A stretch of 64,000 nt of DNA. Source: a virus. Under the pieces are notes generated by a model. That model made no database searches, was not told the DNA's origin, and worked only from the letters and a program-made list of their open reading frames with translations. The position numbers were made by a program, and so were the translations under genes. Where the stretch lies: the IMG/VR virus record IMGVR_UViG_3300045988_079665; one strand, 5' to 3'. Within the stretch, counting starts at the first letter, position 1; the number at the start of each line of letters is the position of its first letter. Of the stretch, positions 43,103 through 52,825 are shown one piece after another.

Positions 43103-43621
43103 ATGATTATAGCAGGATTAGATGCTAGTACGTCTTCTACTGGATGGTCTATATTTGATAATGGGAGGCTCATTGCATATGGCACAATTAAGCCAAAGGG
43201 CGATGATTGGCATGATAGAGTAATGGGACTTACTATGGAATTATCAAGCATATTGAGACAGTATAAGCCAACAATTCTCTATGCTGAGGAAGTGCCATTA
43301 AAAAAAGGCGCGTCAACCATAGAGAAATTGGGTGCAGTACAAGGCGTAATATTAGCATTATGTGCTGGCTTCAAGATAAAGCCATGCTTCTTGATGCCAA
43401 GTAAATGGCGTGGCGACCTTAATCTCTTTGATGGCACAAGAGCTGGTCTACAAAGGGATGTTCTGAAAAAAAAAGCCATAGAGATGGCGAATGAAGAATT
43501 TAGCCTCGATTTGGCATGGGTTGCCCCAAGTAGCAAAAAAAATGAGGATGATTGCGCAGAAGGAATCCTCATAGCCTACTCACAAATAAAAAAAGGGAGT
43601 GTGATGAATGGCTGGAAGTAA
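43103..43621 (+). CDS. RuvC-like Holliday junction resolvase
   Basis: MIIAGLDASTSSTGWSIF..., YAEEVP, KWRGDL, EDDCAEGILIAY fit the RuvC catalytic layout. Confidence 0.7.
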   Translation: MIIAGLDASTSSTGWSIFDNGRLIAYGTIKPKGDDWHDRVMGLTMELSSILRQYKPTILYAEEVPLKKGASTIEKLGAVQGVILALCAGFKIKPCFLMPSKWRGDLNLFDGTRAGLQRDVLKKKAIEMANEEFSLDLAWVAPSSKKNEDDCAEGILIAYSQIKKGSVMNGWK

Positions 43622-44006
43622 CTCTCAGTACTCGATTCTGGTTGATGTTCAGCTACAAGAAGAGAGTATAAAGAAGCAACTTAAAGATATACAAAATAGC
43701 AAAGACACCAAGTTAAAGATTGGCGTTACAGCAGATGGAGCAGAACGAACCAAGACAGAGTTAGATGGTGTAACTCAATCTACTAAAAATCTTGATAATT
43801 CTACTAAAGATTTGATGTTTACATATCAACAATATCGTCAAGTCTTAGATAGTGTAATTAATATCACTGAAAAAATGTATCAGTCAGTGAAATCACTGGA
43901 TGATGCGCAGACAGAACTAAAGAAGGTGTCTGATCTACAAGGCGCGGCACTTGATAATTATACTAAGAAATTATCTGAATCTGGAAAGACAGTAGCAAGA
44001 ACCGGT
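43608..44006 (+). CDS. tape measure protein, exon 1 of 3
   Basis: Ends ...SGKTVARTG at GGT before the group I 5' splice site. Confidence 0.65.
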
Positions 44007-44352
44007 AAACCAAATCGGTCTGAGCCGGTATGTACAGATGGTAAATGTGCATAAAGAACAGCTCCTAAACCCTTGAAAGCCTAAAGAGCCTTATCACTAC
44101 AACATGAGGATTAGATATACCTGAGTGTGAATTATTCATTGTTAACAATGAATTAGTGCGAAAGCAGAAAGACGATAAGGATGATTCCATGGTTGAAAGA
44201 CCTAAAGAATCTGTTGCAAATAATGTATAATATTTGGGACAAAAGGGCAGATTGGGCGCGAAGTCCTGATGAGGGATGTGTCAACAGAATATACAGAGCG
44301 ACCCTCCAATAATATAGGGTGAAGAATTATTCGGGAAGGGATTGAAAACCCC

Positions 44353-44381
44353 TTGACAAATTATTTAAGATGTGATAGTAT
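44353..44381 (+). promoter_or_regulatory. sigma-A promoter inside intron 1
   Basis: TTGACA-aattatttaagatgtga-TAGTAT. Confidence 0.65.
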
Positions 44382-44421
44382 GTAGATACTTAAATAATAT
44401 CTACGAAAGGAAGTATTTATT

Positions 44422-44643
44422 ATGTATCTATCTATTGCGACATTTGTTCTTATAGGCCCATTGATTGTCATTTGTGGTTGGGTAATTATCGTTAAGGATA
44501 TTATTCATTGGATGGAAAAAGACAATGAAGAGGTAGACAAACAGCTGAAAGAAAAATATAATGTGCGCAATGAAACGCCAGAAGAGGAAGAGGCGCGTGT
44601 TGAAGAATACGGGCTTGATGACCAATGGAGTATTCTTAAATAA
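44422..44643 (+). CDS. intron-borne small membrane protein with acidic tail (73 aa)
   Basis: ORF track; GAAAGGAAG RBS; TM LSIATFVLIGPLIVICGWVIIV. Confidence 0.6.
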   Translation: MYLSIATFVLIGPLIVICGWVIIVKDIIHWMEKDNEEVDKQLKEKYNVRNETPEEEEARVEEYGLDDQWSILK

Positions 44644-44657
44644 TTTGTAAATAACTG

Positions 44658-45209
44658 TCAGAAATGGTTTCTGCGGCTACTATGTTTAGGAAGTCCGGCT
44701 TTAATGATTCTGATGCCGTGATACTAGCAAAGGTAGCCGCACAATATCAAAACGTAGCGGATACTGCGGTGTCAGCAGAAGATGCCGTCGCATCTATTGT
44801 TTCTCAGATTCGCGCATTTGGCAAGGATGCAAGCTTTGCCACTACGGTAATCGACGCATATAACGAAGTAGCAAATCGTTTTAGTGTAGGTACTAATGAC
44901 CTATCTAATGCCATGGAAATTGCATCTAGCGGTATGGCTACTTATGGCAATGAATTCTCTGAAATCATTGGGTTAGTTACCGCAGGTACAGAAATCATGT
45001 CAGGACGCAGCTCACAGGTTGCTAGAGGCTTATCCACAATTGCATCTCGTATTGTAAAAAATCAAGATGCTCTTGCAGAATATGGTATCACAGTAAAAAA
45101 TGTAGATGGTAGTTTAAAAAGCACATATGACGTGCTTGCTGAATTGAAGCCAAAATGGGATTCAATGACAGATGCTCAAAGAACTGCTTTAGGCGATACT
45201 ATAGCTGGT
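44658..45209 (+). CDS. tape measure protein, exon 2 of 3
   Basis: SEMVSAATMFRKSGF...AQRTALGDTIAG, TP901-type TMP core pattern. Confidence 0.65.
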
Positions 45210-46777
45210 TAAATTGATTTAGCCAGAGACAGACTTAATTGACGGGAAAGAACAGGGTCGGACTTGTTATCTGTGCATTCGCATGGATGCCTAAGAGCCT
45301 TATACACCAACTTATTATGGCGACATAATAGGGGTCTAAACTAATCATTTAGAGTATGGTAAAAGAGATGAGGATATATGGTCAATCCGCAACGAAGCAT
45401 CTATTGGAATATAGATGAACGCTCAACGAACATCGAAAGCAACCAATAAGTATTGGTAAATGTAACTAACGATAGTTAGAATAAGCCGTTTAACGGACGA
45501 AGCGAGTAGAGTAAGCGATAGTGCTAGTCGCTGAAAGAGTCTGCGTATTACAGTATTGTAATATAAAATATGTTCTATTCCTATGCGAAAGGCATAGGCA
45601 ATGATATTATCAAAATGTGATTGATGGAGGAAGGTGAAAACATATCAAGACTAACAAAGGAAAAAGTTGATGATATATTGATGTCAAGAGGGCTAAAGCT
45701 AAAAGACGATGTATATATTTCAAGTAAATCTAAAATTCACTGTGTAGACGAATATGGATATGAGTACAGTTTAACATTAGATAATATACAAGATAAGAGA
45801 ACGGTTAGTTTTGCTAGATATTCTGTACGAAATCCATATACATTGCACAATTTGAATCTATTTATAAAAGAAAATGAGCTTGAATGCGAATTGCTTTCTA
45901 CAGAGAATCCTAAAAGTGAAAAAGACAAGTTAGAGTTTAGATGCAAATGTGGCAAACATTATTTTCTATGTTATAATCATCTATTGATGAATCAAAAAGA
46001 TACTTGCAATGAATGTGGAAGAGCAAGGGAAAGTAGATATACTCCGGAATATATAAATAGCATTATATCTGTTTTAGGCTACTCTTTGATACCAAATACT
46101 CCTGCGTCATACCGTTCTGTTTGTGTGCAAGATAATGATGGATACAAATATAAGGCAACGTTACCAAATTTGATGAATGGTGCAACGCCTATCAAATTTC
46201 ATAAACTCAATCCATATACAATAGAGAACATGAAGTTGTTTCTAGCTTCTAATAAGTATCCAGTTAAACTTTTAGAGCCAGATGATAAAGTGATAGAAGT
46301 ACGAACAGATTATCTTAAATTTTCTTGTTGCGTATGTGGTTCTGAGTATATGGCGACTTGGGGACAAGTGGTAGAAACAGATAGATTTAGATGCGAAAAA
46401 TGTGTTAAGAAACAATCAAATCTATCATATTATGTTGAACAATATTTAATAGAAAAAGATGTTGAATATATTAGAGAATTTAGATTTGATGATTGCCGTT
46501 ACAAAAGAGCATTACCGTTTGATTTTTATTTGCCATTACATAATTATGTTATTGAGGTAAATGGCGATCAGCACTATTATGAGAATCCAATGTTCCAACA
46601 ATCTCTTGACGAAAGACAGAAAATAGATAAAATTAAAGAAAATTATTGTAAAGAAAATAACATAGGATTTTTAGCAATGCCACGATGGTGGATTCAAAAC
46701 AAATATGAAGTAAAAAGATATAAACAAGAAATAGATAATATCGTTGGGCGAGATTAGCACCCTCGTTTAATAAAAAG
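45210..46777 (+). mobile_element. group I intron 2 in tape measure gene (1568 nt)
   Basis: P1 CUGGU(45205-09)/GCCAG(45222-26) with U.G; TAA at first intron codon; ends in G 46777; in-frame join. Confidence 0.65.
45624..46757 (+). CDS. intron-encoded DUF559/Vsr-like PD-(D/E)XK nuclease with duplicated zinc-ribbon modules
   Basis: FDFYLPLHNYVIEVNGDQHY...DERQKID; two CxxC...CxxC modules each followed by a related ~40-aa repeat. Confidence 0.6.
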   Translation: MEEGENISRLTKEKVDDILMSRGLKLKDDVYISSKSKIHCVDEYGYEYSLTLDNIQDKRTVSFARYSVRNPYTLHNLNLFIKENELECELLSTENPKSEKDKLEFRCKCGKHYFLCYNHLLMNQKDTCNECGRARESRYTPEYINSIISVLGYSLIPNTPASYRSVCVQDNDGYKYKATLPNLMNGATPIKFHKLNPYTIENMKLFLASNKYPVKLLEPDDKVIEVRTDYLKFSCCVCGSEYMATWGQVVETDRFRCEKCVKKQSNLSYYVEQYLIEKDVEYIREFRFDDCRYKRALPFDFYLPLHNYVIEVNGDQHYYENPMFQQSLDERQKIDKIKENYCKENNIGFLAMPRWWIQNKYEVKRYKQEIDNIVGRD

Positions 46778-49700
46778 ACAAATCAATATAAAGTCCTTGC
46801 TGCTGTTATGCAGAACTTTGAACATGCTACAGATGCAACAAAAGTAGCGCTCAACTCTGCGGGCTCTGCTGCACATGAAAATGAACGTTATATGGAGAGC
46901 CTCGAAGCAAAAGTTCAAGCTGTAAAGGCTGAATTTGAAGATTTCTCTAATCGTGTATTGTCAAAAGAATTAGTATCTGGATTCCTTGATGCCGGACAGG
47001 CAGTTCTACAATTTGTGAATACAGATTTTGGCGCATCATTGACAAGAATAGCCGGTGTTGGTACTGCCGTTGCTAGCACACTTGGCTTGATTGGCACAAT
47101 GGGCGCTAAGTTGGTACTTGTAGCAAAACAGCTGCAAAATGTAGGCGGAGCAACTGGGTTATTAGGATTGCTAACAACACCAAAAACAGTGCTTGCCATT
47201 GGTGGCGTTGTGGCTGCACTTACAGCCATGTTCGAGATAATGAAAGCCATTGATGGGATTGATGACAAGAAGCTCACATCTCTCAGTGATACATTGCAAA
47301 CAACAAATGATAAAATAGCTGAAATGTCAGCTGATGGCTCTGAATATGATACACTAATTAAAAAGGCGGGCAATCTTACAGAACAAGAAGAGGCGCGACT
47401 TGGTATTTTACAAGCACAGTTAGATACTCTAAAGAAGCAATCAGTTGAAGAAAATAAGGCATATTATACCGAGTGGCAAAAACAACAGCAAAAAGGTGAC
47501 AGCAGATGGGAATATGGTGAAGGTGATGGTACAGGTACTACATTAACATTTGAGGGACAGACATATACTTTCTATACAACGACTAAAGCCGAAGAAGCGA
47601 CACGGAATTTAAGCGCAGCGATTGTTGATTTACAACAAAAATATGACAATGGAATGTCACAGCAAGAATATATTGCTGGGTTACAAAATATAATTGATGG
47701 TGCTCAAGAAACATATGACAATATTCTTGCGTTAAAAGACCTGTATGCAGAGACCGGGGATGAACAATATAAGCTCACACAACAGCAAGAGATATTTGTT
47801 GACATCATTGAGCATCAAAAAGAAGTTGTAGCTGGTCTTGGCGCAGAATATGCACAAAATTCTGAGGATATTGGACAATTTGGCGATGCAGTAGAAGAAT
47901 CAGCCTCTAAGCTAGATACATATGTTTCCGCTCTTGATGAATATCGTGGTGCAAATGAAGATGCGGCCAGTTCGTCTGAGATTCTTGTCAATTCCCTATT
48001 TGACGCAAATGGACAATTGACAGAAGCCGCCAAACAAGCGTTAACCACAGATGGTGCTATGGCAAGCATGGCGCAATCATTTATTCAGGCACAGCAAGCA
48101 CAAGCACAGGCAGATTTTAGCGCATTGATATTGGCTATTAGTAAAGTTGGAGAAGCGGCTATGGTTACAACCAGCCAATTAGCAACTATGATGGCTATGG
48201 CTGGCGTTGATATTTCTGGCGGAGAAACAAGTGCAGTAGCAAGCCTGAGGCATCAATATTATCTTGAAACCGGTAAAGGTAGTACATCTGGGTCTAAAAT
48301 GGTGGGCGGCAAAGTTGAAATGCAGAACACCAAAGAATTTACAGATTGGGCAGCTTCATATATCCAAAAACAAGCACAAGAAAAATTTGAGAAGCAACAA
48401 AAAGAGTATGCTGATAAGCTCAAGCAGATAGGTACATTTGTCCCATCTGGTGGAGGAGGTGGCGGTGGTTCATCCAGAACCAAGCAAGACCAAGAAGAAG
48501 TTAAAGCTCAAACCATCAATACCATTGAAGAACTGCGTGAATATTTAACTGATGAATCAACTCGCCTCAAGTTAATTGACCCAGATATTAGTAAATCTGA
48601 TTTACAGTCAACTCTATCAGAAGTAGCTACTATATATCAATCCTATCAGGATTATCTATCTCAGCTCAAGCAACAGGGATTTGATGAAACAAGTGAACAG
48701 TATCAACAAGCCGAGGCTGAATTTGCTCAATTTGTTGAAGTATTAAAAACGCTGTTCACACAACTTGTATCTGGTGGCAAATACAGCGTAGATGAGCTTG
48801 TTGGGTATATTGAACAAAATTGTGGCAATCTATCAACCACCATTAGCGGGATGCTAAGTGGATTGAAAACAGAGGTTCAATCGACAATAGCATCTATATC
48901 TGCTTCTACGCATCAAGCATTTGCTTCTGGCGACGCTAACAGTATTATTGGCTCGATTGAAAATGCTTGGGATATGATTAGCTCTATGGGAAGCTCTATA
49001 GATGAGTCTTATAGCTCTGCCGTAGATGAGATTATAGCAAAAGCTGAGCAAGAATCAGAGGTTGCCCAAGAAGTAGCGGATAAATACGAATGGCAAAACA
49101 AGCTACTTGAGGATAAGATAGCTCTTGAAGAAAAGTTAGAGGCACTTGAAAAAGCAAAACAGCGGCGCATGCTTGTATATAGCGAAGGTCGCTTCCAATA
49201 TATGCAAGATGTTGATAAAATATCTTCTGCACAAGCTGAATATCAAGAAACATATAGAGGTGTTGAGCAAAGCCAGATTCAAGGACTTTTGGATAAGATA
49301 GGCGAAGAATCATCCGAGTTCTTTGCTGACTATTTTACAAAAGCTAAAGAGAAAGGATACGGCGACCTTCCAAGTAGTAGCATACAGGCATATCCATCGG
49401 TGTTGAAAAAGCACCTAATGGATTATCTTGAAAAGCAAACAAAAGGAACAGTTCTTGAAGGCGCGGACGAAAGCCAACTAGAAAAGATTTTTGGTTCAGC
49501 TATGAAACCGGGCGAAGCATATGCACAACTTGCAGCCGCTGAAGCCGCAAGACAAGCTGCCGCAGATGAAAGAGCTGAACGAAAAGCAGAGTTAAAAAAG
49601 CAAATTCAGGAAGAAAACGTAAAATATTACGGAGTTCAAACTGACTTTGGTGAGAAGATATTAAACGCACAAACCCAAGCAGAGGTTGAATATTGGACTA

Positions 49701-50431
49701 AGCTTAGAGATACCAAGCAACAGATGATTAAGGAATATAGAGAGGCATATGGTGATGAAGCCGCCTCAAAATATTTCGGAACAGATGTTAGTAAGCAAGA
49801 AGAATGGAAATCTAATAAAGACTTATATAAAGAGGCTTACGAGTCTGGTAGTGAAGCTTGGAGAACTAAAAAAGCCGAGTTCGAAAGGCAACATTATTTT
49901 GACGAAAAAGATAAATATACTGAAAAGAATCCAGACCTCACAGTAGCACAGTATAATGCTGCGACCGCTGTTGATATGGAAGGATTAGGCGAGCAGAGAT
50001 TATATGACAGAATATTTAGAGGCTCTATCACTAAGTCTGAGATTCAAGACCTATATAACAAGTCAAAATCTGACATTTCTAAGGGCTACTTGCTTAATCT
50101 AGCATCTGAGATGCATAAAGCTGGTTATCAGGGATATGCTAGAGGAACTACAAAAGCTGGCGGTGGCTTATCTCTAGTTGGTGAAAACGGCCCAGAACTA
50201 AGAGTGCTGAATCAGGGCGATGGTATATTACCTAACAGCATCACAGATAATCTATGGCGATGGGGCTCTATGACTCCTAGTGATATGCTGGCTTCTTTGG
50301 CTCAAAAAGCACAGAATTGGGCGCAAACGCTTAATATTAGTAATGTCACATTGCCAAATGTACGTGACGCTCAATCGTTCGTAACAGGACTTAGAGAATT
50401 GGCGCAACAATATGTGACAAGACGTAGTTAA
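46778..50431 (+). CDS. tape measure protein, exon 3 of 3
   Basis: TNQYKVLAAVMQNFEHA...; 1217 aa coiled-coil-rich; spliced total about 1534 aa. Confidence 0.7.
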   Translation, partial: TNQYKVLAAVMQNFEHATDATKVALNSAGSAAHENERYMESLEAKVQAVKAEFEDFSNRVLSKELVSGFLDAGQAVLQFVNTDFGASLTRIAGVGTAVASTLGLIGTMGAKLVLVAKQLQNVGGATGLLGLLTTPKTVLAIGGVVAALTAMFEIMKAIDGIDDKKLTSLSDTLQTTNDKIAEMSADGSEYDTLIKKAGNLTEQEEARLGILQAQLDTLKKQSVEENKAYYTEWQKQQQKGDSRWEYGEGDGTGTTLTFEGQTYTFYTTTKAEEATRNLSAAIVDLQQKYDNGMSQQEYIAGLQNIIDGAQETYDNILALKDLYAETGDEQYKLTQQQEIFVDIIEHQKEVVAGLGAEYAQNSEDIGQFGDAVEESASKLDTYVSALDEYRGANEDAASSSEILVNSLFDANGQLTEAAKQALTTDGAMASMAQSFIQAQQAQAQADFSALILAISKVGEAAMVTTSQLATMMAMAGVDISGGETSAVASLRHQYYLETGKGSTSGSKMVGGKVEMQNTKEFTDWAASYIQKQAQEKFEKQQKEYADKLKQIGTFVPSGGGGGGGSSRTKQDQEEVKAQTINTIEELREYLTDESTRLKLIDPDISKSDLQSTLSEVATIYQSYQDYLSQLKQQGFDETSEQYQQAEAEFAQFVEVLKTLFTQLVSGGKYSVDELVGYIEQNCGNLSTTISGMLSGLKTEVQSTIASISASTHQAFASGDANSIIGSIENAWDMISSMGSSIDESYSSAVDEIIAKAEQESEVAQEVADKYEWQNKLLEDKIALEEKLEALEKAKQRRMLVYSEGRFQYMQDVDKISSAQAEYQETYRGVEQSQIQGLLDKIGEESSEFFADYFTKAKEKGYGDLPSSSIQAYPSVLKKHLMDYLEKQTKGTVLEGADESQLEKIFGSAMKPGEAYAQLAAAEAARQAAADERAERKAELKKQIQEENVKYYGVQTDFGEKILNAQTQAEVEYWTKLRDTKQQMIKEYREAYGDEAASKYFGTDVSKQEEWKSNKDLYKEAYESGSEAWRTKKAEFERQHYFDEKDKYTEKNPDLTVAQYNAATAVDMEGLGEQRLYDRIFRGSITKSEIQDLYNKSKSDISKGYLLNLASEMHKAGYQGYARGTTKAGGGLSLVGENGPELRVLNQGDGILPNSITDNLWRWGSMTPSDMLASLAQKAQNWAQTLNISNVTLPNVRDAQSFVTGLRELAQQYVTRRS

Positions 50432-50437
50432 CATAAC

Positions 50438-50475
50438 ATCCTAGTAGGTTGAAATATACCTACTAGGATTATTTA
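50438..50475 (+). terminator. intrinsic terminator after tape measure gene
   Basis: ATCCTAGTAGG-10 nt-CCTACTAGGAT + TATTT. Confidence 0.8.
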
Positions 50476-50489
50476 AAAGAGGTGATTTA

Positions 50490-50819
50490 GTGTTACCTAG
50501 TGAAGAATTATTACAATCCATAGACATCTTGGCACAAAATGCGGTCAAAGATGTGGTTAAGATATATACAGCTATAGTAACAGCTATAGCCAATAATGGC
50601 ACATGCTCAGTTAGAATAAATGGCAAGACGCATAGTAATATAGCATATTATGGGGATGCGCCTAGTGTAAATAAAAGCTATAGGGTATTCTGTCCAAATG
50701 GCTCATTAAATCAAGCATTTATTATTACAGAATTTAATTTACCGCCATATACAAAAGAGGATGCTGGAAAGGTCTTGTCAATAGATTCAGAAGGAAAGCT
50801 AATTTGGAAAACATTATAG
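50490..50819 (+). CDS. tail module protein (109 aa)
   Basis: ORF track; GTG start with AGAGGTGA RBS. Confidence 0.65.
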   Translation: MLPSEELLQSIDILAQNAVKDVVKIYTAIVTAIANNGTCSVRINGKTHSNIAYYGDAPSVNKSYRVFCPNGSLNQAFIITEFNLPPYTKEDAGKVLSIDSEGKLIWKTL

Positions 50820-50834
50820 GAAGGAGGATGAGAT

Positions 50835-51917
50835 ATGGCTTTAACAAAACCTAGTTTATATCCAGTAGCCGCATTCGATGCAAGCAAAGAGCAGAAGTTT
50901 AAGTTCTACTCACAAGGCGGCTCTCAGGTCACAGGTAACATATTAACAATAAAAAATAATGCAACGTTGGCTCAGGTATATAAACAGACGGTTACATCAT
51001 TTGCTTATATTCATACATTACCAGCCAACACATTAACCAATGGTGTGCGATATCAGGCAACAATCCAGACCATTGACGCACAGGGCAATATATCAGTTGA
51101 ATCTGATCCAATTTTATTCTATTGCTATACTCAGCCTACTTTAGCGTTTACTAATATACCAGCAAGCAATAATATTCCGAACGCATCATTTGAATTTGAG
51201 GCACAATATAATCAGGCTGAATCTGAGCCATTGGCGCAATATCAGTTTAATCTATATGACGCTCAGGGTGATTTGGTAGCAACTAGTGGCGTTAAGTATC
51301 TACAGAATCAAGCTGTGCCAACAACCATATCATATATGTTCTCAGGATTTGAGGATAAGTTGACATATCAAATTGAGGTTGTTGGGCAGACTGTAGAAGG
51401 AACGGTTGTAGAATCAGGCAAGACTAGTATATATATTGTTTACTATGTGCCGCGTGTATACACAACCATGTACCTAACCAATAATTGTCGTGATGGTTAC
51501 GTAACCATTGAGAATAATATGGTTGGTATTCCGGGTGATTCTAATCCGTATCCTCCTATCTATATTGATGGCAAAGAGGTTGACCTTAGAGCTGATGGCT
51601 CATGGGTAGAATGGAAGGACAACTATGAGATAGCTGGCGATTATACCATGGGTATATGGGGACGCGACTTCAATCCTAATTCAACCATCCTAACATTTAC
51701 TAATGATGATGGAGCAACTGTCACAATATCATATTATGAAACAAATACACAAGCATGGGTTGAACTTGTGGCTATTCATCCAAAATGGCGGCATTATTAC
51801 AACATCGTATCTAACAAAATAGCCAAGCCAGCTGATACAGAATATCTATTTATCTGGAATCGGCGCATCAACAATGTATATGACTTAAAAATTGAGAATA
51901 GAGGTGAGACGGTATGA
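50835..51917 (+). CDS. tail/baseplate structural protein (360 aa)
   Basis: Position after TMP. Confidence 0.6.
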   Translation: MALTKPSLYPVAAFDASKEQKFKFYSQGGSQVTGNILTIKNNATLAQVYKQTVTSFAYIHTLPANTLTNGVRYQATIQTIDAQGNISVESDPILFYCYTQPTLAFTNIPASNNIPNASFEFEAQYNQAESEPLAQYQFNLYDAQGDLVATSGVKYLQNQAVPTTISYMFSGFEDKLTYQIEVVGQTVEGTVVESGKTSIYIVYYVPRVYTTMYLTNNCRDGYVTIENNMVGIPGDSNPYPPIYIDGKEVDLRADGSWVEWKDNYEIAGDYTMGIWGRDFNPNSTILTFTNDDGATVTISYYETNTQAWVELVAIHPKWRHYYNIVSNKIAKPADTEYLFIWNRRINNVYDLKIENRGETV

Positions 51918-52822
51918 TTGCTGTATTAGGATATAATTTTTGTGCAGATAGAAACGCTATTGACCCTATGCCAACTAACGTCTCACATATTACTAAGACA
52001 CGCATTGAAAATGGTATATATGACCATTTTAATGTAAGTCAAAATGTAACTAAGCCATATAATCCGGTTATCCCTACTGATTGGGATTGGGAGACATTGA
52101 TGGATTGCAACTTTGAGAATAATATCTCAGCTGGTAATGTTGACCAAATTGCAAAGGATATTACAGGTTACAGACTAAAGCGGCGCAAAGTGGGCGAATT
52201 TGAATGGACAACGATTAAAGAGGAAGAAATCGCCGACTTGTCAGAATTGGCGTTTACGTTCACTGATAATTTAGCGCTTAACTTCACCGAATATCAATAT
52301 GCATATGTGCCTATGATGAGCGGCGTTGAGGGTGATTATATTATAGAACAGATTGCCACTAACTTCAAAGGTGTATTCATTTGCGACCTAGATACAGTAT
52401 ATAAGCTATATAGTGGTGTATCTTATGGTAACAATGACCAAGTACGGCAAGTTGGTGTATTTACACCATATGGGCGCGAATATCCTATTGTTATTAGCAA
52501 TGGCTTACAGAATTATCAGATTGGCTCAATTCAGGGCAAGGTGCTACCTGTTGATTTTGAGAAAAATGGAAATCTTGATAGACAGGAAATCACAGCTAGA
52601 AAGAATACCTTGCTAAAGTTCTTAACGAATGGGAAACCCAAGATAATAAAGGACTGGAATGGTGAGGCTTGGCTCTGCCTTATCACGGGTAATCCCTCAG
52701 TATCTTATGATAGTAATTATGGTATGGGCATGTGCGATATTAGTGCAAGTTGGACAGAAACAGGTAAACCGGATAATAAGTTTGATTTGTTTATGAATGG
52801 GCTTATCCCAACGGAGGCATAA
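51914..52822 (+). CDS. tail/baseplate structural protein (302 aa), Dit-like by position
   Basis: Position; overlapping start. Confidence 0.5.
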   Translation: MIAVLGYNFCADRNAIDPMPTNVSHITKTRIENGIYDHFNVSQNVTKPYNPVIPTDWDWETLMDCNFENNISAGNVDQIAKDITGYRLKRRKVGEFEWTTIKEEEIADLSELAFTFTDNLALNFTEYQYAYVPMMSGVEGDYIIEQIATNFKGVFICDLDTVYKLYSGVSYGNNDQVRQVGVFTPYGREYPIVISNGLQNYQIGSIQGKVLPVDFEKNGNLDRQEITARKNTLLKFLTNGKPKIIKDWNGEAWLCLITGNPSVSYDSNYGMGMCDISASWTETGKPDNKFDLFMNGLIPTEA

Positions 52823-52825
52823 CAT

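Larger units (their letters stand above)
44007..44657 (+). mobile_element. group I intron 1 in tape measure gene (651 nt)
   Basis: P1 ACCGGU(44001-06)/GCCGGU(44024-29) with U.G at the splice site; ends in G 44657; in-frame join; motifs shared with intron 2. Confidence 0.6.
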
